Positions 1 to 12,047 of a stretch of 45,581 bases of DNA are shown here, in pieces; the stretch's first letter is position 1, and the number at the start of each line of letters is the position of its first letter. The position numbers and the translations under genes were made by a program. The stretch is from Lophium mytilinum (lineage: Eukaryota). Below the pieces are notes generated by a model. That model was given only the letters and a program-made list of their open reading frames with translations. It had not been told where the DNA came from and ran no database searches. The stretch spans positions 1,467,920 through 1,513,500 of the forward strand of contig MU004192.1 in NCBI GenBank assembly GCA_010093605.1, in the 5' to 3' direction.

Positions 1-2930
1 TATCTTATAAAGCTTATAGAGATAAATATAAATCTACTATATCTAGAGTCTATAAAAACTATAGATTTAACTATTCTAGTTAAAGTCTTAATTCTATAGT
101 TAAAGTCTATCTATTTACTTAATTATAGAGTAAGTCTAATAGCGTAAGCTAAGAGTTTAATATTAGAGGGCTTTAGAGGAGGTAGCTTAAGCTCTTAAAT
201 ATATATAAGAGCTTAAGCTAGTATATCTTCTAACTATCTCTAATAATAACTTTTATTAGAGATTAAGCATTTTCTAACCTATTAGAATAAACTTCTTAGT
301 TATTATTATTTTATTCTTATTTATTCTTATATTTATATTTATACTAATACTTCTAGTTACTACTATAGTTAAAGGCGTTAAGTTCTATACTATTAATACT
401 AGCGGCGGTAAGATACTTATTACGCTAAGTCTCTATTATAGTCTTTCTAGCTATAGTATATTTAGGGTTGCTAGTATAGTAGTTTTTCTTAAAGTAACTA
501 AAGTAGTATTCTTTTTTACTTAGGCGCAAGTAAATATATAGTAGAATACTTAGTAATAAAACTATAGTAGTCTTTTTAACTATAATATAGTTATTAGTCT
601 TAGTAGTAGATACTTTATACTAGGCCCGGTTAGAGTTATAATAAGCTTAGTTAAAGTTGCAATAGCTATTCTATGCGTACGCGTTATTTAAGTAATAAGC
701 TAAAATTTATATAGTAAGAAGTTCTTTATTAGCTTACTTTTTATATTAAATATAGTAATAGTTCTTATATAGAATATTATCTTTTACTTAGTACTAGGTT
801 AATAAGCTAAAGTTAATATATTTAGTAAGATCTATGCGTAGTATTTCCTTAAGGTAATAGTATTAAGTTATAAGACTATTATTAATTTTACTATACTTAA
901 GCCTATTAAGAATAATATTAAGGCGTTATAGAAAGTTAGACGTCTTTTTATTATAGCGCTATTTTATACCTTTACTATTAAGTTAGTTAAGAAGGTAATT
1001 ATAATAAATAGTATTACTCTCTTAGAATATAGTATCTAGGTTTTAAATAAGTTTTTTAAGTAATTAATATAGGTTAGTAGATATAAAAAGACTATAGTCT
1101 TCTATAACCTTATATACACGCCCTTTATAGTAGCTAATAGTAAGCTATATCTAGGTTATAGCTATAAAGTAGATCTACTAGTCTATTTAGACTAAGTAAA
1201 TTAGATAGTTCTTCTAGGCTATATATATTAAAGCTTCTAATTTAAAGTTCTATAAGTAGGTATACTTAGATTAAAAGCCTTATTTAAATTAAGAATAGAT
1301 AGGTCTATAGACCTATAGCTAGGTAAAACCGCCTAGTTAGCTTAAATTTAGGTTACCCCCTCCTTCTCTAGCTATAGTAAAGTATTAACCTAGAATATAG
1401 TTATATTAGAAGTTATCTAGGTTAAGAGTATATAGTTCTACTAGTAGTAGAGAAGAAGTATTATTAGTAGAATTATAATTAGAGTAGTTATATAGGTCCG
1501 CGTATAGATTATTAGGTTATCCCGCTAATATATTCTATTAGGCTTAAGCTTTAAGCTAGGTAATTTATATTAAGGCCTATTAGTATCTAGCTTAGAGGTT
1601 ATTAAGCTAATAGGTTTAGGCTTAGAAGTTAGCGTACTTTTTATTATATAGGCAACGTATACAGGCTAACTCTATCTATTTAGACTTAAGTTTATAGTTA
1701 AGGGTATAGACTTAGGTCTAGAGCTTAGTAAGTTTACTATTAGTAAGTAAATACTTTTTATTTAGCTCTTTAATATTAGTATTAGTAGCATTCTATTTTT
1801 AGATAGTAATATTTATTCTATACTTATAATTACTACTATTTTAGTAAGCTAGTATAATATAGTTCTACTACTATTCTAGTATAAGTTAGATATCTTTAAT
1901 AAGGTTCTATAGATCTTATAATTTATATTATTAATAGATGCTATCTCTATAGCGCATTTTAAAGATAGAGCTATTAGTGCGCTATATAATTATAAGATAT
2001 AACTACTATTAGTCCTCTACGCGTATTATAATATAGTATCTATTACTCTATTCTATACCTACTACTTACTAGGCTAGATTAAGAGTATTAAGTCTAGTAA
2101 TAAATTTAATATAGGTAAATTAGTATTATAATAGAAATATATTAGGTAAGAAAATACTATAAATAGGTAGTATTCTTAGATACTTAGAATTGCGGGACTA
2201 ATATAGCTTAGAAATAGTATTATAGTATACTATAGCTTCTAGAGTATTAATAGTAATACTTTAATAGGCTATTTTAAGCTTATTAACTTTATTATCCGCG
2301 TTATTACTAAACTAACGTTTCTTCTTCTAATAGTTGTGTTTATTAGCGGAATTAAAGTTAGAGAAGAAGTTCTTATTATAGGCGGCTATTATATTATTAA
2401 GGCCGGTAGTTATATTATTAAGAATAGGTAAATTAAAGTTACCTAGTATATAGCTACTAATATAGAAGAGTAGAAGTATAGTTTCCTCTACTATAGTTAC
2501 TACTAGAGGGGCTAGAGTAATTAGTAGAGGTTTATCTATAGTACTAAACTTAGTCTAATAATATTATAAGTCTATAGGTATTACTAGAGAAACTAGTCTA
2601 ATAGATAGAGTTAGTTAAGAAGTAGTAGCTAGTATTTATAACTAGAATTAAGTTACGCCTTAAAAGAGTTAGTTTACTAGCTAAATAAGAGAAAGCTATA
2701 GCCTATAATTAATCTATATTATATTATTATTATTATCTTCTATAAGTAGATAGTATAAGTTTAGAGCGCCTTTCTATTATAATATAATGCGGCGGGGGTT
2801 AATAGAAATACTATTAGTATTACTAAGTAGGCGTCTAGTAGTAGAGCGTCTACTAGAGATAGAGTTACTAAACTATAGGGCTTTAGCGCGGTTAAAAGTA
2901 TAGTAATTAGGGTTTACTATATAATAAGGT
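1..2930 (-). pseudogene. RIP-degraded relic of probable coding sequence, family unassigned
   Basis: The minus strand around 1670-1100 reads as a frame whose stops are TAA/TAG (RIP-type), including LACIRC (CxxC) near 1650-1667. I recognised no diagnostic transposase or RT motif. Boundaries are approximate. Confidence 0.3.
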
Positions 2931-3230
2931 AGAAGAATTAATATAGTAGAGAGAAAATCTATAGAGGCGGGCTACTATATTTATATATAAGCTATTAATA
3001 AATTTAGGTTATTTACTATACGCACTAGATGCGTAGAAGGCTTAAGAAACTAGTACCTACTATAGTTAGTTATAGAGTTATCTTAGAAGACTATACTAGT
3101 TACGCTTAATAGTAGAGGTTAAATATAGTAAATAATTAGATTAGTTAGTTTATTTATAAATAGGTAGTATATAGAAAATAGATAGTTTATAGATTTTTAT
3201 TCTATAATACTAAGTATATATATAGACTTA

Positions 3231-3364
3231 CTATTATTAATACTAAGCTTTCTAGGCGTTAGTCTCTATATAGTAATAGTAATTAAATAGTAATACTAGG
3301 CGCGCGCACACGCTATTATTAATACTAAGCTTTCCGGGCGTTAGTCTCTATATAGTAATAGTAA
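3231..3364. repeat. 52-bp direct duplication (3231-3282 and 3313-3364)
   Basis: ctattattaatactaagctttc(ta/cg)ggcgttagtctctatatagtaatagtaa occurs twice. The two differences are C>T and G>A. Confidence 0.9.
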
Positions 3365-4440
3365 GATAGATAAAAAAGAAAGTTATAGAGCTATTAAAGT
3401 AATTAATAAATTAGTAGAAACTTTCTAGAGTACTACTACTACTTTTTTATTATAGAGGCTTATTATAGAGCGTCTACTATAGTTATAAAGTCTATTACCT
3501 AATATCGCGTATAATAGTTAGATTACTTTATTAGAGGCCTATAGTACTACTAATAGAATACTATATTAATATAGTCTTTATTAGGGGTCTATAATACTAC
3601 TAATAGTTACTATTTAAATATAGGTATACTAAAGCTTATTATAAGAGCGCACTCTATTATAGAAAATTTCTAGGAGTGCTTCCGTTACTTCTAGAAGCTA
3701 GAAGGGTATTTATCTTATATTAGGGCTTAAGGTTAGAATATTAGAATTATTAAATTAAATAGTATTAATATTAATAAAAGATAAATATAAGAAAGAAAGA
3801 GGTTTCTAGAATAGATATTATAATAATCTAAAGGGTAGAGTAACGTTTACCTATTCTATAGAGCCTCTATTATATAACCTCTAGTTATATATTATACGTA
3901 ATTATATAGCTATAATAGTATAATATTAACTACTTAAGGCTATACTTTACTAAGGTACTATATATAATAATTTAGGGCTATTTTACTAGTAATAAAAAGA
4001 GGCCTCTTATTATCTAGAATAAGTAGGTATATAGAAATATTAACTCTAAGAGCTTTCTTAAGTATATCTATTTAATACTATTTATCTTTTAGCGCTAGTT
4101 TAATAATATATACGCCTATAATTTATTAGAAGTAATAATAGATAGTATTCTACTATACTAATTAAAGCGCTTAAAGGCCTAATTTAAAGCTAATAATATA
4201 CTAATAATATTATAGCTAGTAAGTAGCCCTAATCTAAACTCTATTAAAAATATCTAGAAGCTTCTTAAGAAATAGATTAATACTTAAGCTATATAGCCTT
4301 AAACTTATAAATAAATAGCTAAGATAGCTTAGAAGAAATAGATAAAGATTATAGAGAAAGAGCTTAAGAAGCTTATTAAATCTATATCTAAGAGAATCTA
4401 GGCTATAATTACTATACGCGGCGGGCCTATAAAGTAGTAA
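3365..4440 (+). mobile_element. Tc1/mariner (Tc1-like DDE) transposase relic, RIP-inactivated
   Basis: agccctaatctaaactctattaaaaatatctag (~4224-4257) de-RIPs to SPDLNPIENxW. The stretch at 4381-4437 de-RIPs to a SMPKRIQAVIxxRGGPTK-type C-terminus. TIRs were not identified and the 5' boundary is approximate. Confidence 0.75.
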
Positions 4441-4812
4441 ATATATATTCTATATAGCTTTAATTTATACTTAGAATAGATAGATTTAGATAGAATTTAG
4501 TAGAGATATACTTATTAATTTAGAGAGAATTCTAGTAGTTTATATTTATTTATACGCTTATTTATATACTTATTTATATACTTAATACCTAGCTAGCCTA
4601 TAGTAATATATAATAGTTATTTCTATAGAGCTTTATAATCTAATATCTAATATTAGAAGGGGTATACTAAGAAGTAGAGGATTCTTATACTAAACTATAT
4701 ATAGCTCCCCTATTTATTAGCTATAGAATTATACGCTAAGCTACCGAACGCATATAGGTGCTGTAGAGAGAGACGCGACGGCAATTAAGAGTTAGAATAA
4801 TTAAGTAGAATA

Positions 4813-6884
4813 TAGTAAAACCTAAGTATAGTAATATACTTAGTTAGTAGAGGTTATATTACTATATAGAGGGCATTACTATATTTAAGTTTATTAGTAA
4901 TCTACCTAGTAAATTATAATTAGTTAATAATATCTTATATTCTTGTATGTAAAGCTAAACTATAAGTATCTAACCGCCGGAAATAGTTAGAAATTAAGGT
5001 TTATATAGAGAATTAAATTTTCCTTCCTCTTAGAAGTTATTTATAATAATAGAGAGAGGAAATTAGTACTAATTTACTTAATTTCTGCTGCTCCTTATAT
5101 AGCCTAAGTGTTGCTAAGGCATTAATTACATTCTAAAGCTTTATAGTTAGATTCTCTACTACTACCTTAGTATCTAACTCTTTATCTTCTAGCCTAGAAT
5201 ATAGGCTAGCTATAAAGGTAATAATATTCTCTAGGGCCTTCTAGATCTCCTCTCTATCTAGGTAAATAAAATTTAATATTTCTATATATTACTAGATCCT
5301 TTCTACTATTTCTAAGGTATTTAGCGCCTTCTATATATTATCTAATAGCGGGGGGTTTATATAGTTCTTTAGACGGTGTATAGGGCCCTCTCTACTACTA
5401 AAAATAGTAGATTTAATATAGTAATTTAATATAGTAGTAGCCTTAACCTAATTCTATATATTAATAGCCTATTAAATTGCCTATAATATATAGATTTCCT
5501 TAAGAGAATCTTATTTTTCTATAGTTAGATTAACTATAAAGTGCAGCTAGGAACACTAATAATAGGCCTTAAAATTATAAATAATGCCCTAATCTATAGG
5601 CTAATAGACTAACGTGTAATTAAAGGGTAAAAATACTATCTTAGTATTCTTTAATATATTATTATTATTTACTATTTCTATAGCACTATAGTGTAAGCTA
5701 AAGCCGTCTAGAATAAGTAGTACCTTTCTTCTAGTTATTCTCTTATTAAACTATGCTAGGTATTTAAGTATAATACTTCTAGTTATCTATACCTTTTTAT
5801 TATACTTCTAGATAAAGTCTATCCCTCTTATATTTACTAATTTGTAGCTAAAATACTATAGATTTTTAGCTAATCTAATAATCTAGAGAGGGAGCTTATT
5901 ACTACTACTACTATTTAAGTAATTTATAATAGTAATACATGCTTTCTATTTCTTTAAACTAGGTAGTTACTTAGTAGCTAAGGTAATATTAGGTGTAGCC
6001 TTCTAAAAGAGACTATATTTATCTATATTATATATGTTATCTAGGTAATAGAGTTCTACTTTATTATATACTAGCTGCGTCTTTTTCTTAGTATTCTTAA
6101 TTTAAATAGATCTAGCTTCTCTATACTGCTTTCTCTTTTGCACGCTATTTCTTATCTTCTAGCCGTCTAGCTAGCTATTAGAAAAGGAGGGTATAGGTAT
6201 ATAATTTAATGCCGGAATAGATAGCTAGAGACTCTAAGTAGCCTCTTTTAGTAGGTCTCTAGTAATTAGAATGCGTGCAGCCTGCATATATTAATGCCAT
6301 TTAAATAGGGCCTTATCTAAAAGAGGGTGCTTGCCGGCCCTTCTTCTTTCTCTTCTAGCGTGTCTATTTTATAGCCTTATTCCATCTAGATACTTATATT
6401 TTTTACTAAGGTAGTAGAAGATTAAGGACTATCTAATAGTGCGTTAAAATCTATTAGAAGCCTAGGTAGCAAGGTGGTTTTAGTGTAATTCTAGGTATTT
6501 AGTAGTATAGTTATAAATAGCCTTACGCTTAAGGTTTAAGATACTATAGTAACGCTATTAGTCTAGATTCTTAGCCTTAGGCATTATAGAATTAAGATTT
6601 AGGTGTAAAAACAATAGAAATTAATAGCGTTTTAATAGATATATAACGTTATTTAGATAGAGGATATAAAAAGCTATATAGCCGGCGCGGAAAAACCGCC
6701 TCCGGATGCCCTTAAAATAGCGGTAAGCCTTCTTAGTTAGAGTAATATTAGTAAGCGGGGCCTTGTAATACTCTACTAAGCAGGATATTACTAATTCTTA
6801 TATAAATTTATACGGTTAGCTAAATTATATTACTCTACAGGGTATATTACTATAACCTCGTATTACTATACTTAGGTTTTACTG
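4813..6884 (-). mobile_element. Full-length pogo/Tigger-like (CENP-B HTH + DDE_1) DNA transposon, RIP-inactivated
   Basis: ~24-bp TIRs (tagtaaaacctaagtatagtaata at 4813; tattactatacttaggttttactg ending 6884), with TA on both flanks. Minus-strand ATG at 6584. De-RIPed motifs: AGKHPLLDKAL, FSNGWLDGW, NIYNMDExGLF, LLILDGF, FLPxNxTxxxQPMDQGII. Confidence 0.9.
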
Positions 6885-8467
6885 TATTAGGTGCAGCCCC
6901 GGTGCTTGGGTCAGGACAGGGAAACCAAGCAACCTGTCGCGAATATCAGTGCTTCTAGTATCTTAATGTGTTTGCAACTGCTCTTGTAAGTCGAGCCTTT
7001 TGTTGAGATATGGCAAGACGGCCCACTAATCCCTTTGAGCGCGTGTGGTGATGGCTAGCGTGATGCGCATCCCTTACCGCGTCACGTTACTTTCCTCAGA
7101 ACCCCTTACAAAGGTATATTGGCCTTCCTAGATGAATAATATACCAGAGTTAGTCCCAACATTCCATCAGCACTTATGTAGTCTTAACACTCACTAGCTT
7201 GTATAGTACCAGCTGATAGGTGATGGTGTGTGCACATCTCATTGGTTGAGCGATACGCAGTGGCTTTGGACCCATATTGGTGAAGCTCTGTCATGCGGTC
7301 GCGACAAAGGTGAGCATATGACGTCGTAAGTGTCGGATTCTTGAGCTCCATCTCGTGTTCTGCTGTGCTTGTCGTCTTCGTTACTGACCGAAAATGCGCT
7401 CAGAGATGTCGAGCGCAGTAGATATGGCTTTTCCAGTGACGATGAGCAAGAGGTCTCACCACCTGCGCCTACTCCTACAGAGGCGGAACACTTTAAATAC
7501 TTATATTTCTCAAGATACGGTTGGTCTACAGCACATTAAGCTACAAATATTTATTTTAGCCCATGGTTTCTATCTTCCTTATCGAGCCGAACGGTAACTT
7601 GTTTCTTAATGTTCGCAACGACAACGGGAGGAAGCCAAATATGGGAATTCCTCATTATCTAAACGGAGGTTGTCATAAACAGAAGGTTCGCCTGTCCAGT
7701 TCAAAATAGCGGGCAATCTTTAGCGTTACTGGTAATAAGCTACATAGGATCCGTCTGACCTCGGTTCGGTAGCCTCGTTTTTAGTTAAGAAATGAAGGTC
7801 ATGTTGCAGTGCCTGCATCGAAACCGCAAAACTATCAACCGGCGCGGTGATTGTTGAAAACAGGCCATAGATTGGGTTGACCTACCTTTGTAAAATACTT
7901 AGGGACCAAAATGATAGACTTTACCAGCAGCTGCTGCAAGTAATGCGGGAATCACATTCTCTTACAGGGAGTGCGGGGTTCTGAACAGGGTATACAGATC
8001 AGCAAATCTCCTGTCACCAGGTGATCCTTCTGGAGCTACCACACGTGCGGGGTCCCGCCGGATGCTGGTGGTCCATATGCACGAGCATTGAGCGAACGGA
8101 TCCGACGCTGAAACTTGTGTATCCGTTGCCGAACAGTGCAATATTACGCTCTTTCATGAATTCGAGGATTAGGTACTATAATCTAAACTCCAACATCGCT
8201 GTTGTCTGACTGGAAGTCGCCTAGCTCATGTAATTATCCCCGGGTCCCGTTGAGTCCGTTCGGGCAGACCCGCAGATCATGTACTTTTGTAGCCATTCTG
8301 GAGCTATGACCAGATAAATTTCCAGTTTCAACAGCTCCGCAAGGAGAAGAAACATTCTGACCTCCGGCTCCGGACCATTGGAAGAACCGAATGATGCTGA
8401 GGAAGAGTGCACCAATTCTGTACTAGCTTCGAAGGTTGAGCGCTATGTCACGAAGAAAATCTTGAAC

Positions 8468-8475
8468 TATATAAA
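8468..8475 (+). promoter_or_regulatory. TATA box
   Basis: TATATAAA ~70 bp upstream of the ATG at 8545. Confidence 0.5.
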
Positions 8476-8544
8476 TGAAAAGGAAAGATTTGTTCTTATT
8501 ATACCGACGCCTGTCACTTCCTATACAACAGTTTGATTGAGATA

Positions 8545-9649
8545 ATGAGGCTCGGAAAAGTTGTCGGAGCCCTTGCGGCGCTTTGTTTGGCTACAACATC
8601 GGCGTTTAAACGGACTGTCCCTAATATTAGCCCTTTCGAATACTCATACACTGTTAGTGCCCACTACCGACGTCTATGCTACGACTGATCCTGTGCTGAC
8701 CTGATCTCCGCAGAAATATGCCGGCGGTCCAACCATAGACAAGTTCATCAACTACACTGACGACGGCATCAAGAGCTTTTGGTTCGTCGCCTTCGTCAAT
8801 GGGGACAATAAACACCAGTACTGCGTCGTCGGCGCGCTGGCCAGCATCGGGAATGGGACAGTCCAGACATACTCTAGCATTATGGACATAACAGAGAAGA
8901 CGTACTATGGCGAGACGTTCCACACGAAAGGCGAGATGTCCAATAACGCCACCGCCGGCGACTCTGGCCTGATGCACATTTGGGCAACGACGCCGGACCA
9001 AATCTCAGGACTCAGGGCTGTTAGCAAGATTCCCAAAAACTCTTTCGACTTGACCTTCAAGCCTACAGGCCCTCTGCTCTACCAAGCCGGTGGTGGAGAT
9101 TACCATTGGGGCCTTGGAACAGCGTGGGAGTTCGACGCGCCAGAGAATCAACTGGCCGGCTCACTCACAATCGGCAACAAGAAAGTAAACGTCCTCCCCG
9201 AAAACTCGCTGGCCTGGTTCGATTGGCAATGGGGTCCTGGCTTCGCGCCTGACGGCTGGCATGGGGGCGCCATCTTCCTCGACAACGGCGTCAAGATCCT
9301 CCCCATGATCACGAACCCCTCGAAGCTGTACTCCCAAGTCTCGATCTCGACGATGGTGTTCCCAGACGGCCATCACGAGGTCTACCCCATAGACCCAAAC
9401 CTCCATCCGAGGAACCCGTGGGTGTCGAAGACTTCGGGCCTGACGTACTACAATGACTACGAGATCAACATCCCGTTGAAGAAGACGTGTCTACATTCGC
9501 ATCTGTGGATGGAAGGGGGCGAGGCGACGATTTTGGCGGATCCTTCGGCCGCTAATTCGATTAATGATGCATATGCGATATTTACGGGCACCTTTGACGG
9601 TAAGCCAGTGACTGGATGGGGGATTCAGGAGCGGAGGGTTGGTAACTAG
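8545..9649 (+). CDS. Secreted kievitone hydratase-like / AttH-lipocalin (CrtC-like) fold protein, ~347 aa; exons 8545-8652, 8714-9649
   Basis: Signal-peptide-like start MRLGKVVGALAALCLATTSA. The intron GTTAGT...GCTGAC...CAG (8653-8713) joins in frame to the 8882 ORF. Motifs SFWF, GPLLYQAGGG, GSLTIGNKKV and SLAWFDWQWG resemble the family's xWxDRQWG motif. Confidence 0.75.
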
Positions 9650-10085
9650 TGAGTTGGGGGAGTGGAAGTAGAAGGCCATCTGTGGGCCGTTTGGGGGATA
9701 AAGGAGGGTTAAAAGCTGTTCATGTAGTTGAGAAAAAAAGCATCCTTGGCCGGTCCTAGAGCAACGCTCGGACTGAGTATATTGGAACACCTGAACGTTT
9801 CCTCCAAATTGATGCATGTCAGTTCCGTGCTGAGGTGCACCCAACAGATGAACTTCGCAGCAGTGCCCGTCACTCAGATGGTGTATGGTCGCGTTCTTAT
9901 CGATAACATACAACCACATGCGGCAGGCCGAGGGTCTACTACCTACACTGACAAGAATAAGAGTGAAAAGGACTTCTTAGAAATTGGCTTAAGCTAATAA
10001 AATTTGTAATTTAGTATGAAGCTATAAACTATAAACCTAGATGAGGCATCTTGCTGACACTTAAGTTACAAAGCCCCCTTGGCGT

Positions 10086-10121
10086 TGACTCAGCTCACGT
10101 GACAGCGTATCGCTGACGTCA
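10086..10121. promoter_or_regulatory. Cluster of bZIP/bHLH consensus sites upstream of the dehydrogenase
   Basis: TGACTCA (10086), TCACGTGA (10095) and TGACGTCA (10114) lie within 36 bp. Confidence 0.45.
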
Positions 10122-10572
10122 ATTGTTCTGACTTTTCCCCGCGACGAGCTTCATCCGCGGAACGACCAGGAAACCCATACCAAAATGAGTATTTTCACGA
10201 GGCGGCAGCGCCGGCAGATGGCATTCGAAAAGTCCCATCCACAGGCCATTGGCAAATCAGTGGGGTCTCCGTGTCCCATCTAGCCAGTCATGACATCAGA
10301 GAACATGGTTGCGCGAGTGACGGAGGGATGATGGCGACGCGTTTTCGGGGTAACTTCCTTTATCAAAGATGCATGAATGGGCTGATGGGGCTTTGTGCAT
10401 CTGATCGATCATCTTTTTCCCTGCAAATCTTCCGCGATATCTGAGTAACAAATTCTACATAACCTCAGCTGCTCACTCTCCTCGCTTGCTGAAGACATAC
10501 TCTCATCTCAACACTCCTACACTTCTACTCTACTCGTATAACTTTCAACTCTCTCATCCTCCAACCGCAAAA

Positions 10573-12047
10573 ATGGCAATGTCCCAAGCCGCCTACAAGG
10601 TCGAGCAAGCCATCGGCCACGACACCAACGCTACCACCGCGCAAGATGTCACCAACCCAGCCAATTCCCCCGCCTACGCCGACCCCTCGGGCGAGACGAT
10701 GAAAGCCCTCGTCTGGCTCGGCAAGAACTCCGTCTCCGTCGTCGAAACCAACAAGCCGCGCCTCATCGAGCCCACCGACGTGATCCTCAAAGTCACCGGC
10801 AGCACCGTGTGCGGGTCGGACCTGCACCTGCTTCACGGCACCGTCGTCGAGCTGCAGAAGGGCGACATCCTCGGCCACGAGTTCTGCGGCGTGGTCGACA
10901 GCGTTGGCAGCGCTGTGAGCAAAGTGTCGGCGGGCGAGCGCGTGGTGGCGAGTTTCCAGATCGCGTGTGGAGAGTGCTACTACTGTAAGAAGAAGCTGAG
11001 CTCGCAATGCGAGAGGACGAACGCGAATACGCTCGAGAACGCCATGTACGGAGGCCGGACGGCGGGGATGTTTGGGTACTCGCATTTCACCGGGGGTTTC
11101 GCGGGAGGCCAGGCAGAATATGTGCGTGTGCCGTTTGGAGAGGTGAATTTGTTGAAGATTCCCGATGCGGTGCCGGATGAGAAGGCGCTGTATCTGTCGG
11201 ATGTGCTGGCGACGAGTTGGAATTGTGTTGTGGATACAGGTGTTGAGAAGGGTGATGTGGTCGCGATTTGGGGTGGTGGGCCGATTGGGCAGATGTGTGC
11301 GGATTTTGCGTTCTACCATGGGGCTGCGAGAGTCATTGTGGTAGACCAAAATTGGCGGTTGGAGTTCATTCAGAAGCACAACCCGAAGGTTGAGGTGCTG
11401 GACTACTCGGCGTTGAAGAAGGGTGAGAGTGTCACGAGCAAGTTGAAGGAGATGTGCGATGGTAGGGGCCCGGACGTGGCGCTGGAGTGTGTAGCTGGAG
11501 AATACGCCAAAGGGTGGGCGCATTACTTCGAGCTCATGCTGGGTATGGAGACGGATACGAGCGAGATTGTGAACGAGATGATTACGAGTGTGAGGAATTT
11601 TGGAAGGTGTGGTATTACGGGTGTCTACGTCGGCTTCGTGAGTTTGCTCTCTCTCTTCAACCCTCACTTTCATAACTATTACATTCAGTGTACTTACATT
11701 TGCATACTTAGACCAACCACTTCAACATCGGTTCCTTGATGGAGCGCGGCATCCGCCTCATAGGCAACGGACAGGCGCCCGTCCAACTATACTGGGAGCA
11801 GCTTCTTGAGCTCATCCAGTCCGGCGACATCGACCCAATGAAGATGCTGTCACATCGCGTAAGGCTCGAGGAGATTGATACCATCTACTATAAGTTCGAG
11901 AAGAAGGAGGATGGAATGCAGAAGGTGTTTGTGGAGACCAAGTTCTCACAGCCAGCCTGCGCAGGTAGTCCGGAGCTGAAAATCTACGAGAAGGGAGGCA
12001 TGGCTGCCTTGGAGAACAAGGCGAAAAGGATGGCAATTGATGTGTAA
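10573..12047 (+). CDS. Zn-dependent medium-chain alcohol / formaldehyde dehydrogenase-like (YbdR-type), ~466 aa; exons 10573-11637, 11712-12047
   Basis: CGSDLH, GHEFCG, structural-Zn motif CGECYYC...C, and GGGPIG Rossmann motif. A 74-bp GTGAGT...TAG intron joins ...VYVGF to TNHFNIGSLMERGIRLIGNGQAPV. Confidence 0.93.

Larger units (their letters stand above)
1..6886. repeat. AT-rich block of RIP-mutated transposon relics
   Basis: Very high AT, strong TpA excess and CpA/TpG depletion, no ORF >=60 aa in the track, and an abrupt switch to normal GC at ~6890. This is the established signature of repeat-induced point mutation (RIP). Confidence 0.95.

Noticed and set aside
6890..8460. Small ORFs at 7394, 8021 and 8221
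   Set aside because: Short, with no motifs or supportable splice structure.
10525..11673. 382-aa minus-strand ORF
   Set aside because: Antisense shadow of the GC3-rich dehydrogenase, with no recognisable domain.
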